The notes beneath the pieces were generated by a model. The model made no database searches and had not been told where the DNA came from. It saw nothing but the letters and a program-made list of their open reading frames with translations. Below, piece after piece: positions 39,411 through 50,944 of a stretch of 50,944 nt of DNA; positions within the stretch are counted from its first letter, which is position 1; each line of letters begins with the position of its first letter. The stretch is from Paraglomus brasilianum (Eukaryota), in NCBI GenBank assembly GCA_910592345.1, contig CAJVPI010000128.1, positions 1-50,944 on the forward strand, read 5' to 3'. A program made the position numbers and the translations under genes.

Positions 39411-42400
39411 ATGATGTATAACGGGTGGCCTTTTACTGGCTGGAGCTTAAACATTGCCATTCCCGCTACTATTCAAAAGCGACTACTTACGTTTCTGTTA
39501 AGGAAGGCTCTCGGTCAATTTCTAGCAGAAGATTTGGATCTTAATAATCTTGAAGTACAACTGGGCAAGGGATTTTTGAGTTTGAAAGAATTAGAACTGA
39601 ACGTTGAGGTATGTCATTTATATAACCATATGATTTTGATCTTGCCGTACAGTCAAACCGTGTGAGACATTACATTCTCACTAATTCTAATCAGTCAAGT
39701 CGTTCTTTTCTCTTTTTCGGGTTTATAAATATTGCCTAATCCTTTACTGTTAAACTTTGCGTATTACGGCTTGGTTACGCGTGATACAGGTTCTCAATGA
39801 ACTTTTCACAGATTTACCGTTTTCGATTACCAACGGCAAAATTGGTGGAATAAGCGCGCATATTCCATGGACAAATTTTTGGAATCAGGAGTACGTTTTG
39901 GAAATTGATAGTCTACAGCTTGTTCTCGTTCCTGAACAAGCAAAGCCTCGAAATGGTAAACTCTATTATTTCCAAAATAAAGAAGAATACGTGAATGATA
40001 AGGAAACGCCTGATCTCTTTCTATCTATTTGTTTTCAAAGGAAGAGTGATAGTAGAAACTGTTTTATGTACACATGTAGTATGTGTTATTCAATAAGATT
40101 ATCTTTTTATTTTAGCCAAGTCTGTACCCGAAGATTCCCATATATTATCTTCGTCAATACATTTCGCTGGAGATTTCCTTCGTCACGAAAAGATTCCGCC
40201 TGAAGAAGATGAAGCGCTCCGTAGCTCTATCTATCACTCTTTTCATAATAATGCGTCTTTTGTATCAGACAATAATGACAGCAACAACGTTATGGAGCAA
40301 TCTCAGATTTTTGCTCAACAGAGTGAAGGAGATATCGAAGGAATTCAAGTATTGGCAAGCTGCATTGATAATATAATTGCTAGTATTAAAGTTGTATTTA
40401 AGAATACACGGATTAGGCTGCATCACCAATCTACGATATTGCCTTCTGAACATATGACGAATGATCAAGGGCAATTGAGAGATTATTATTTTGATCTGGA
40501 ACTTCCTGAAATTTCATATAGGGATGAGACACCTGGAGTGATGGACGAAAGCCAACCAGATATAGGTGTATCAAATGTCACGCTGTCTGCAAAATCTGAA
40601 ATGATTAAGCATTTTTCAATATCCGGATTGAGAATTTGGCTTAGGGAAGAATTGACTGCCGCAACTCGTTTATCAAACGCTCATCGAGATACTACATTTT
40701 CCAATAGCTCTCCTGCAACGAGTTCCAATTATTTAGATCCACAGTCGCTTGACAACAGCAATATTATATTTCTTAGTGCGCCCGAGTCTACAGAGGGCGC
40801 TGATAGTGGGGATGAGTGCTTCTATGACGCTCAAGCTGATAATGAATGTACGTCAGGTGACGGAAGAAATGAAACAAAGCTGTATGAGGCGTTGCTGTTT
40901 CAATGCAAAGAAGAGGGAAATTGGGCACGAGTAACAATTCGCCAGAATGCACCTCCTTCTATCCATTTTGATCACCATAATGCATCGGCATCATACTATA
41001 ATACGCAAGAGGCAATGCAACAATCGAATACTACTCAATCGTGGAATATCGAATGTTTCATTGATGCCCTGACTGGTATCATGACGCCAGGTCAGGCTTC
41101 ACTGCTCTCTGATTTGCTCAATGCTCTGACTGGGAATGGTTCAGAAATGGATATCAAAGCGTCTAGTGTTGCTGAGAGTGATGACGATATCATTCTCACT
41201 GACGACAAACATACGTCAATCGACTATCATGCCGCAAAGGCAACTAGCAAATCACCTCATGTTTTATATCAGAAGGCAACATCTTTTAAAACACACCAAC
41301 AATCAAGCAGTTATAACATGTCTAGTAGTATTAGCAATGTACAGTCAACGGCACCTTATAATCAATCCGGAATGAATTTCAAGCTAGAACTGCGTTTAAT
41401 AGAACTATTCTTTTTATATGATGATCCGATCTTGGAATGTATTCCGGGAAAGGATTCATTCGAGAAACGACAGTTCGAAGAGAGTCATTTAAAGACAGGT
41501 ATCCATAACTGTGTTCTTAGTATTTCAAAACGGATATCAGATGATAATCCCCCTAACAAGAGGAGAACTGGAAGTACTTCGGGTGGTCCATTTTCATACG
41601 GACAACATAAGAATAGTGATTTGGAGGAGGCATCTAGCATCTCATTTAATCTAACAATATCTGATTTGTATGTATTGGAGGCATTGGAGGGACACTCAAG
41701 GCAGCGTTCGTCTGCTGATATATCCGCAAAGTCTGCCTGGAAGTACTACCCTGTTTTACAATTTAACTCAAATCTAAAAAAGTATCCTGGTTTCGAACGG
41801 CATGATTTTTCCGATATAAGAGAAAGAGTTAATAGTGAGGGAAGAAATAGGGGAGGTAATAAGGATAGGAATCACGGAGTCGATTCTGCCGTCATTAGAG
41901 TTGATATGCGATATAATGAAGAAGAAAGTAAGATGTCTCAAATTTTATTAAGTGCTTGTGCCTAAAACCAACCACCAAATTAATTTATAACAAATTCTAT
42001 AGCAATTAATATTTCTACAGCTAGTCCTTCGCCTCAATTACGTCGAGATATAGTTATAGAGTTAGAGCCGCTTGAAATCTACCTTGATTTATGGATGATA
42101 AAACGGATGTCTAAATACATAAATGGTATCACTGGGAGTATCAACCGCGTGGATAAATCAGAAGAAGACAAGGCCCGAACTCCGTTTGCTTCAAGTATAA
42201 TAGACGATCTGGACACTGTTGGATTGAGCGAGGTATTATGTATTTGTGTATGTTGAATTTCAATTATCTTGCAATTAACAGGATCGCTCTCTGTATAAAC
42301 AGGGCTCTTCCATAATACGGTCAAGACTTGAGATACGCAGTGATTTGATTCGCTTCTGGCTCATATGCCCTGATATGAGTGAAATTGGTAATAGTGGTGG

Positions 42401-45400
42401 AAATCGTGAACATAGAATACGACCAGAATTTATTAGAATTGATGTCATTGAAATGAACATCCTAACGGGCGAAGTCGGTCCTGACAGAGTTGCTAGACCT
42501 TATACGCTTGGTCTCCCCGATTCGATTGAGACTGATGCGGGCTCGATTGATGAGAATCAAACGAGAGTTAAAATAGAATTTCATAGTGCCAGGGTTTATT
42601 TGACAAACGGTTTGTACAGCATTATTTGGTCATTATTGCAAGATTAGAGTTTTGTGATTACTTAACGAATATGCTGATCTATCTGTTTCGATTATAGATA
42701 AAATTGAAGAACGCATTCTTACCGTTGAGAAGCTAGCTTCAAATCATCAATCACTGACTCCTACTGCACCTCCGAACATTCTGATAACTTATCGTCCAGT
42801 CAGTTCAGTAACAAGTCAACTGAAACACAACGGTGGAACATTTCCTTCAACTCCTTTCTCAAAAACATTTACCTTATTTGAAGGGGGAGAACGCGTTAAC
42901 TGGCCAGCTGAGAGTGAAGAAGAGGAAATGTTAATGTTTAAACACCGTACTATTGAAAGCTCCGTTAGTATTATAACTTTTGCATATTTATTTGCTTATA
43001 TGCCTGGCAGTTCTTTATTAGTTTTCGCCCCCCATTGACGCTTACTCGTTTTGTCGTCACCATATAGATCTTTGTGTTCAACTGTTTCTTTCCTCTTACT
43101 CGAGCACACATCACAAAACAATCGTATGATACACTATTATTCCTGCTGAACGATATGTCAGTATGGCAACAGAATATCGGCCAGATGGGAAATGATAATG
43201 TTTCATCTCCGACACCAACGGAACGCACTTTTACGGCTAGTGGCTTTGAAACAAACATCCCACAAAACGCGGGATTCGAGGATGTGTTTTTGAACGAAGA
43301 TGGCTTTGAGCAAAGACAACGTGCGGGGAGAGAATTTATTGGTATTGCTAATGATGTAAAACCAAGCCTGGCCTCCTTGGTTGTCTTAATGGCGAACGGT
43401 ACTAACTTTGATGATACTTCGCTTATGGAGATCGTGCAATACATTAACTAGATCTTGATTTTATATCAGCCGAAATTACGCTATTATGTGACGAAACCAG
43501 CGACATTCAAACAACATCTAAGCGATCTTATCAATTAGATACATCTGAATTTAGATTCTTTGCCGCCATAAATTATGAAGGAGAAGTAAGGATTGGATTT
43601 AGAGCTGATTTCTCTTTGCTTCTGCATAGTAAGATGTATAATCCGCTTATTTACATTTTTTAAAATATATCCGCAGCACGTGACCTATATATGTATAGAT
43701 AATGATGACTTCGCTCTTAGTGATACTTCGAATACAAGAGAAAAAGCGCAAATACTACACCGAACAATCGCTAAGGGGATCAAGGTATCTACTCTTTCAT
43801 GACACGTCTGTATCTGTTTGGCTACGCCAAGTACTAATGCCACTCTAATACTAGGCGAAGAATGCGCGTCCGATGAGCTTGATCACTATGCGAATTTTTT
43901 TTGATCAAGAGATTAATATGAAGGAGACAAATGTAACCTTTTCAGTGAACGGGGTAACCTTAGAATACACTATGGCACCCAGGTGGATAGAGGACTTGTC
44001 AAGTTTCGTGCAAGAACCTACCATGGTAAGATAAACCCGCTGTTGATTTGGCAACATAATGACTTACAATAATGCCAATTTTTGTTGGAAATATATTAGG
44101 TACCATATACAGCCATGCCTAGTCAGTTTACCAAGTTAATAGTCAACATCAATGATTCGTCGATCGATTATAAACCCGAAAACATCGCGTCACGTATAGT
44201 GTTTGTAGTAGAGAACGTAAAGGTATTCATCGTCTGTTTAGGCATACAACTTTGTTTAGCTGTTGAGATCACATCTTCTTTCTGTAGGTTTCAAGCAGTA
44301 TAATTCCTGATTCTCCGACGTTTTCATGTAAACTGGTAGTACGAAATATGGACCTAATGATTATTGATGATGTAAAGAGTTTGAGCGACCGCAGAATTAA
44401 CAGAGTTACCAGTAGTCCGTTAGACGTGAAAACATATTGGAAGGTAACTATTCAATAATAGGAATTTCTTGTATGTCCTATTTTCTAACGCATTGGGTAT
44501 TTTAGGAAATGGGTTTCGCTCATGCTGCCGCCCTAGATTTCGCTGCGATAGCAGCACGAGTTAATAAAGGGAATATACATCCCAACCTTGAGGTAACGTT
44601 AGAATACTTAAAAATGCACTACGATCTTCATTATTTTCGTATTCATTAAATTTTTACGAATCACGGTTCCAGCTTGAGCTCACAGACGAAAATTTAACAA
44701 TTGAAACATGCGCCGATACCTTTCAAACAATACTTCAATTGCTGAGTCATCTATCAGCCACTTTCAACGCAACAGATAAGAAGTAAGATCTTGATCTTGA
44801 TTTCCTAAAGTGACATTATAAGTTCCAACAAGTAATACTATTTCTAAATTCCAGGGATAAAAAAATTGCCGATCCAATGACAAGTATGTCGGTAGGCGAT
44901 GGGATAAATGAAGCATTAGCAGAAAGCATATTTGGTATGTACGGCAAATATTCATGGTTTTTAAGATATAATGGAGGGACTCTCAACATTTTTTTTCTTT
45001 TTCGGATGGAATAGACGAAGATGCTTTCAAGTATCCGAAGCCAGAGGCGATGGAATCAAACCCACCCGAAAATAATTCAAAACTAGACAATTCGAAGCAG
45101 GATGTTATCTACTTTGATGAGAAATTTTTTGAGAAAGATGGGCTACCAGATAGGCCTGATCATAATGATCAAGTTTTTGAATCTAAGGCCGTCGTTAGAG
45201 AGTTCGATGGAGGTAAGGACGAAAGCCAAGATTGAAGTTCTTTTCGTTAGATGAAAATAATTTTAATATAATTTGTACTAGGCCTCGAAGATTCTGAAAA
45301 TGTAAGAGGTCGCGAAGGCTCCGAATGTAAAATAACATGGACGACACCTTACGAAATTAAATACGATGAAAACCATTTTGCTGCACCAACTGCCAGCGAA

Positions 45401-47599
45401 CTTGAAGCAGTTGAAGGGTTAGATATTGTTCATTCGTTTAATAGTGTATATATTTGTTCGACTTACATTGGTTCCCTCTAAACAGACTAAAGAGCCGTAT
45501 TCGGATACGAGACTTCAATGTCATATGGAAGCTATATGATGGATATGATTGGGACAGCACTCGAGCGGAAGTATTGGATAGACTTGCACTTGCCAAAGCT
45601 CAAGCTAAAATACTTGCTGAAGCATCTAAAGATACCGGAGAAGAGATGAATAAGGCCGTGAATACCGAGACGAGTAGTTTCTTCGAGCAGATGACAGGAA
45701 CCCCATTCAGACATTCGGATTATGATATCTTTTCTCAAGCGACTTCTGAGGATTTTATGGATGATCATAGTGACACAGCCAGTCAGTTCAGTAGCAAAAC
45801 AGACACGGATAATCACTATGGAAGAGAAGAGAGACGATCGAATCCTATTCGCCGTCCCACTCGTCCGAAGCTGAGTCGATCGCGATCTAGCAAATTAGAT
45901 ATAGTATTGGAGAAAGTATCTTTAGATTTTGATTCATTTCCAGAGGATGATCAAGTAGCCTTTCGCTTGCTTGTATCCGTTAAAGAGATCGAAATTCTTG
46001 ACAAGATTAAAACTTCTGGGTGGGGTAAATTTATGTCACACATGCGATCAGCCGATGATAGGAACTTGTGCGAGACCAAATCCAAGATGGTTCGGGTAGA
46101 GTTGAAAAGTGTTCGCCAAGAGCTGAAAAATGTTCGCCAAACTCCATCCGATTCAGAAGAGCTCAGATTGAAAGTGAGTGTATATGCGCCATTTAATTGT
46201 TTTTCGTTCATTCGTATACGACTATTACTTATTCTAACATAACACAGGTTCGGCTGTTACCATTGAGATTCCACATCGATCAAGATGCTCTCAACTTTTT
46301 GATTCGTTTTTTTTCATTCCAAGATCGCTCTGACCGCACGTCTAATACAGAAGACGATACCTATTTTCGTAAGTATTTTTAGACTCACTATTATGAGATA
46401 CTATCACCACATCATGTTGATCGCCTTCGTATATCTACAGAGTACTTTGAAATAGAGCCAGTTGTCATGAAAATAGACTACAAACCCAAACACGTTGATT
46501 ATACGAATCTGAAGGGGGGAAATCTTGTGGAACTGATGAATTTCTTCCATTTGGAAGCTGCTGAAATGACGTTAAGAGATGTCAAGCTTACTGGAGTATG
46601 TATAGCTTTTGTCTTGTTGCATTTAAACTCCATAATTTCTCATGCTGATTTCAAAACCCTCATTGGTAAGGTTAAAGGATGGCAGCGACTAATTGAAGAT
46701 TTGGGCGCCGCTTGGTTGCCTCATATTACCAATACACAAGTGCCCAATGTGCTGTCAGGAGTAGCACCCATTAGGTCTCTAGTTAATATAGGTTCTGGAG
46801 TAGTTGATTTGATATTGCTTCCTGTTGAACAGTACAAGAAAGATGGCAGAATCATCAGAGGTACATTTTTTTTGTGATGGGTTTATTGACGGGTTTAATG
46901 CTCGTAACTATATGTTCTGACATATAATTGTGTGATAGGATTACAGAAAGGGACTCAATCATTTGCAAAAGCGACGACAATGGAAGCTATTAAACTGGGG
47001 ACTAAATTAGCTGTGGGAACGCAAGTAATGCTGGAGCATGCTGACGAGATACTGTCGTTCAGCTCCGATGATAACAGTGGCCGTGGTGGTCGTGGAGCAA
47101 GCATGTCAATGGCAGCAAACGAGGATGATAGCGATGACGACAATAAAGAAGGGAAACCAAGTAAATATGCACATCCACCAGCCGATATTAATGAAGGTAA
47201 TCATACGTTTTTGTTTTCTTGTTCAAGTCATTTTTGTGGCGTACGCTCAAACATAGGATTATGTTCAAAGGTATTGAAGCTGCCTATAAGAGTCTCCGAC
47301 AAAACATTGGCACAGCCGCACATACTATATTCGCTGTACCAATGGAAGTATATGAAAAGACTGGAGCGCAAGGAAGCGCTAAAGCGGTCATAAAAGCTGT
47401 TCCAGTTGCTGTACTGAAACCTATGATAGGCGCATCAGAGGCTGTATCCAAAACTCTTCTTGGACTACGCAACACCATTGATCCTAATCAGAAACTGGAG
47501 ATGGAGGATGTAAGTTAATAATATATCTATTGTCTTTGGACATATCCTTTGTATACTGATTTCTCTTTTCTGTTACAGAAATATAAGCGAAGAACGTAG
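39411..47599 (+). CDS. ATG2: Autophagy-related protein 2 (bridge-like lipid transfer protein), >20 exons
   Basis: Chorein_N start QKRLLTFLLRKALGQFLAEDLDLNNLEVQLGKG; IETCADT (CAD motif, about 44705); VRLLPLRFHIDQDALNFL; KIDYKPKHVD; ATG_C region APIRSLVNIGSG...IKAVPVAVLKPMIGASEAVSKTLLGLRN...KYK. Confidence 0.96.
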
Positions 47600-48679
47600 A
47601 GTATCATAGAAGTAATGAATGGTTGATAGAAATGGACATTGGTTCTCTTATTAAATACATATTTTTATAGATTATTGGTTGCAACAGTTGATCGTTATCT
47701 GTACAATAAAATATATTTATACCGTCTAATGCAAGTCCACAAGAACAGTATCAGCTCTCCATACAACGGGTGGACAAAGTATTGGGCTTTCGTGTGTTCA
47801 TAACATTTTAATTGACACACTGTTTAAATTGAGACTGTTCAAGTTGATGCCAATAGAAGCTCGGAATATGGTTTTTACATACATTATCCCGATCGAGCTG
47901 AAATTTTATACTATTACTATGGGAACATATCAGACGAAAAGAGCAAATTAGAAAATTTTGCAGGTGGACCTTGATTAACACAAGAACAATATTGTTATTA
48001 TTGCTCAGATTCTCGGCCAGAAGATATGAACGGAGTAGTTCTTGGCAAATACAGTTAGCACACTTGTGTTTGGCGAATATGCGTTGTTAACTTGCATCGT
48101 TAAGACTATGCAGCAATATATCGTAAAGAGTGGTGATAGATCCTCGAGGGATATGAGTGGATTGATGATTTATCACTCCATCGATAAGCAGTGAAATGAA
48201 CTAACGTTTTAGTTCTTACAGGTGTCAGAAATTTTCTTCAATTTTGAGCAGGCGTGGATCTGTTTTTATCGCATCCTTGTCTGCACTAGTCTATCAAGGT
48301 TTTAAATCCAATGTCCAAATCACGGTGCAAGAAAATCTTGCCTGAAAATTGATCGAATGTAACTATTACTATGCATTTTATTCAGGAACAGGTTCTCGAT
48401 ATTTACTTTGCGTTGTGAATAAAAGTTACGCGATACTCGATCTTTACTTTGTGTTCAAAGACAGTTAATAGTAAATGGTGCGCGATTTTACCTGTTACTC
48501 AACTATATTAACAATTTGGAAGAGGAGTAAATCCGTGAATTACAAGTTTATTCAAAAAAGAGTTTGAGTCTCTAAGTTATAAGAAATAGGCGGTGTTAAC
48601 ATTGTTCATTTGTATCAACATATAACTGCATACCTGCGGCTGAATCCAAATCATTGCTATTTCTTGGTTTAGGTAATCC

Positions 48680-49221
48680 TCATGTAGGTAAGAGCGTACT
48701 AGAGTATTTACTTTCCTTTTCGAGACGTGATAAAGGTTTTACGTTGTTATGATAAATGGTAGGCCATGCATTGCTGTCAGAATCATCCTTGTCAACCTTT
48801 CTAATAAGCTTGCCAATATCCATCCAAAGTGTCCATGAATTTGGACGCATATCTGGTGCGGAATCGGACATCGATGGTCGTAGTCCGTCCATAATAAATC
48901 TTTATCGAACTGCCTATCTCGAAAAGGTGGTTCACCGGTGGCAATTAAATACATAATAATACCAAAAGAATATATGTCTGATTTCTGTGTAAATTTGCAA
49001 GTATGGAAGACTTCTGGTGCAATAAAGGGTAAAACGCCTCGAATGGTTGACTTTGACTCACACGAATTCACCGATTGAGAAAGACCAAGATCACATATGA
49101 ATGAGTGACTTTGTTGAGTCTCGAATTCATTGTCATGCAAAACTATGTTTCCGCCATGAAGATCACGATGCACTAATCTCGCTCTACGAATATTATCCAG
49201 ATAATATGCAATATTCCTCAA
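48680..49221 (-). pseudogene. Truncated tyrosine-kinase-like protein kinase fragment
   Basis: VHRDLHGGNI, CDLGLS, GVLPFIAPEV, SDIYSFGIIM. No N-lobe upstream, a frameshift near 48895, and most of subdomain XI missing (APD jumps to MRP). Confidence 0.88.
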
Positions 49222-49400
49222 ATGCTGTAATTTACGTCAATATTTTGATCCAAATAAGACAAAAGATTACCATTGTTAGCATATAATGTACTTTTTTGTT
49301 TTGTAACTCCATAAATTTTAAGGAAACGTTTGTACACTTGGCATGATGTCTGAACTGTTAAATACAGTGTCAAATTAAATATCACTTTAATTAATATAAT

Positions 49401-50033
49401 TACAGTGAACCCTCTCTAATATCAACCCCACGAGACCGGCCAATTTCGTTGATATATGCGGAGTTGGATATCATAGGGGGTGTTAGGGTTTTAAATAATG
49501 ACGTCATATGTAATGATATTAAAAATCTCTTTATTTTTTTCTCTATATAAACTAAACCAATTTGTTCACCTCTTATGAATTGTGGTTCTCTCTCTCTTTG
49601 ATGAAAAAATCCGTTAACTTTTTTTGTTGCCTCGCCTCGTATATATTCGATTGAATGCGTCGCAACAGACTTTGCAATCTTGGCCTTCTACGAATTTGCT
49701 GCTCTACATACTGCAGAAGTAATTTGCATGCCGTAGAATGAGAAATTTTTTCGATTTCAATGTCGCTGTCTTCGTTACAGCTATCAGAATTGGACGCGTG
49801 GAGTATGTTTATACTTTAGTATACAATAGGATTATAATAATAAAGAGACATTACGTAGTAATACGTGATATTGTAGATCAAAATTTTAAATTTTAAAATA
49901 CTAATTTATATTGATGTTGATATCAGCGAGGTACATTTAATTAGGAATAATGTGTTGATAGGGATATCAACGGGGTATGATATCCAAATTGATATATGCG
50001 GGAGAATTTAAATATGGGGAGATCTGTTCTGTA
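49401..50033 (-). mobile_element. Internally deleted pogo/Tigger-like (Tc1/mariner superfamily) DNA transposon
   Basis: TA + CAGTGAACCCTCTCTAATATCAAC terminus at 49401. The minus strand encodes an acidic stretch and ISHSTACKLLLQYVE...RQQKKLTDFF, the typical pogo transposase C-terminus. The opposite end is degenerate, so the right boundary is approximate. Confidence 0.7.
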
Positions 50034-50317
50034 ACCACTGTTGCTAATAGTAATTAAGATTGCAGAGACGGTTTTTTCCTTGATTCCGTTGTGTAGGTTT
50101 TTTCTCCTTGTCAAGACATAGTTGACGTCTCTGTGCATTTGTTAAAGATATTCTTTTAATAATCTTATTGCTAGGCATTTCGTATAAGAGCCAAGTGCTT
50201 TAATATTAATTAACATTAAATATCAGTTTTATACCCAATTTAACCAACCAATCATATTGAGTTTGACCCTCATTGTCCTATTGGTGGAAGCCATATTTCC
50301 ATTATAGACAGATTCAT

Positions 50318-50455
50318 CAGAATTCCATAACGCGATTCTATGAGAATCCATTATAACAAGCAATTTTTAATATAAGAAAATTGTGTTCCAAAAAATTTTC
50401 TCTTGTAATGCGATTCCTTTATAACATGTATCTGTTATAACGAGCTTCGACTGTA
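50318..50455. mobile_element. Second pogo/Tigger-type MITE end
   Basis: GTTATAACGAGCTTCGACTG+TA terminus (50434-50455) preceded by repeated ttataac/ataacg subterminal motifs. Confidence 0.55.
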
Positions 50456-50759
50456 TAGGGCTTTATTCTCTTCCTCTGTATGTATTGTAGATAGATAAAA
50501 ACAGCTCAAACTGGGCACCTAAAAGAAATTGGGTCATTTTTTAATCCCCCAAATATAAACGACCAATAATCAACGAGTAGACCTTATCTAATTTCTGGCA
50601 GTCTGGGACAAGTTATATCGTTATAAAAATTATCGGCAAACCTTTCTTGCTTCATTATACAGATATGTCTGCCTTATGACTTGTAAGTACGGACAGGAAA
50701 AAGAACCTCTGTAACATGTCCCGCTTCATTTCACAAAATAACGTCTGATTGTAAGCTTA

Positions 50760-50937
50760 CGTACGTTCGCAAAAGTAACGAATGGAATTTTTCGAGACGC
50801 AAAAACAACTCTGCGAAACCCAAGCGGATATTCATGCAGTTTCCATCGATCCTGGCGTTCATACACTCTTCACATGGTACTCTCCCACTAAAGGCGTAGG
50901 TAAAATTGGCCAATACGACATTGGACGAATTATTCGC
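50760..50937 (-). other. Possible exon of a gene or pseudogene extending beyond the window
   Basis: Stop-free frame bounded by a TAG acceptor and a GTAAGC donor on the minus strand. No recognisable domain. Confidence 0.25.
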
Positions 50938-50944
50938 CTATGCA

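Noticed and set aside
47542..47550. ATATCCTTT U12-like donor inside the last ATG2 intron
   Set aside because: It lies within a normal GTAAGT...CAG intron that already gives the correct frame, and has no matching U12 branch site.

Overview
Eukaryotic, intron-rich, AT-rich fungal DNA. The BTB-BACK-TLDc gene, MATA-type HMG relic, tyrosine-kinase-like relic and U12 introns point to an early-diverging fungus, most likely an arbuscular mycorrhizal fungus (Glomeromycotina); this is inference. Conserved genes read by hand: Gcs1/ArfGAP1, Sec4/Rab8, mitochondrial uS13, a Brr6/Brl1-like nuclear-envelope protein, a BTB-BACK-TLDc protein, NAD-specific glutamate dehydrogenase, WDR24/Sea2, a class 3 lipase and Atg2. 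Also present: a KH-like protein and a small secreted protein that each carry a 1-nt frameshift, two HMG-box pseudogenes, a kinase pseudogene, pogo/Tigger relics and two diverged dispersed repeats. The most notable items are two minor-spliceosome (U12) introns, one of which is an AT-AC intron that restores the fourth cysteine of the Brl1 domain; a decayed gene fusing an HDX-like homeodomain to an HMG box; a candidate intronic H/ACA RNA in a non-coding host transcript; and a TCACRTG E-box upstream of most conserved genes. Exon boundaries were read manually and family calls come from motif recognition, not database searches. No CRISPR array, rRNA or tRNA was seen.
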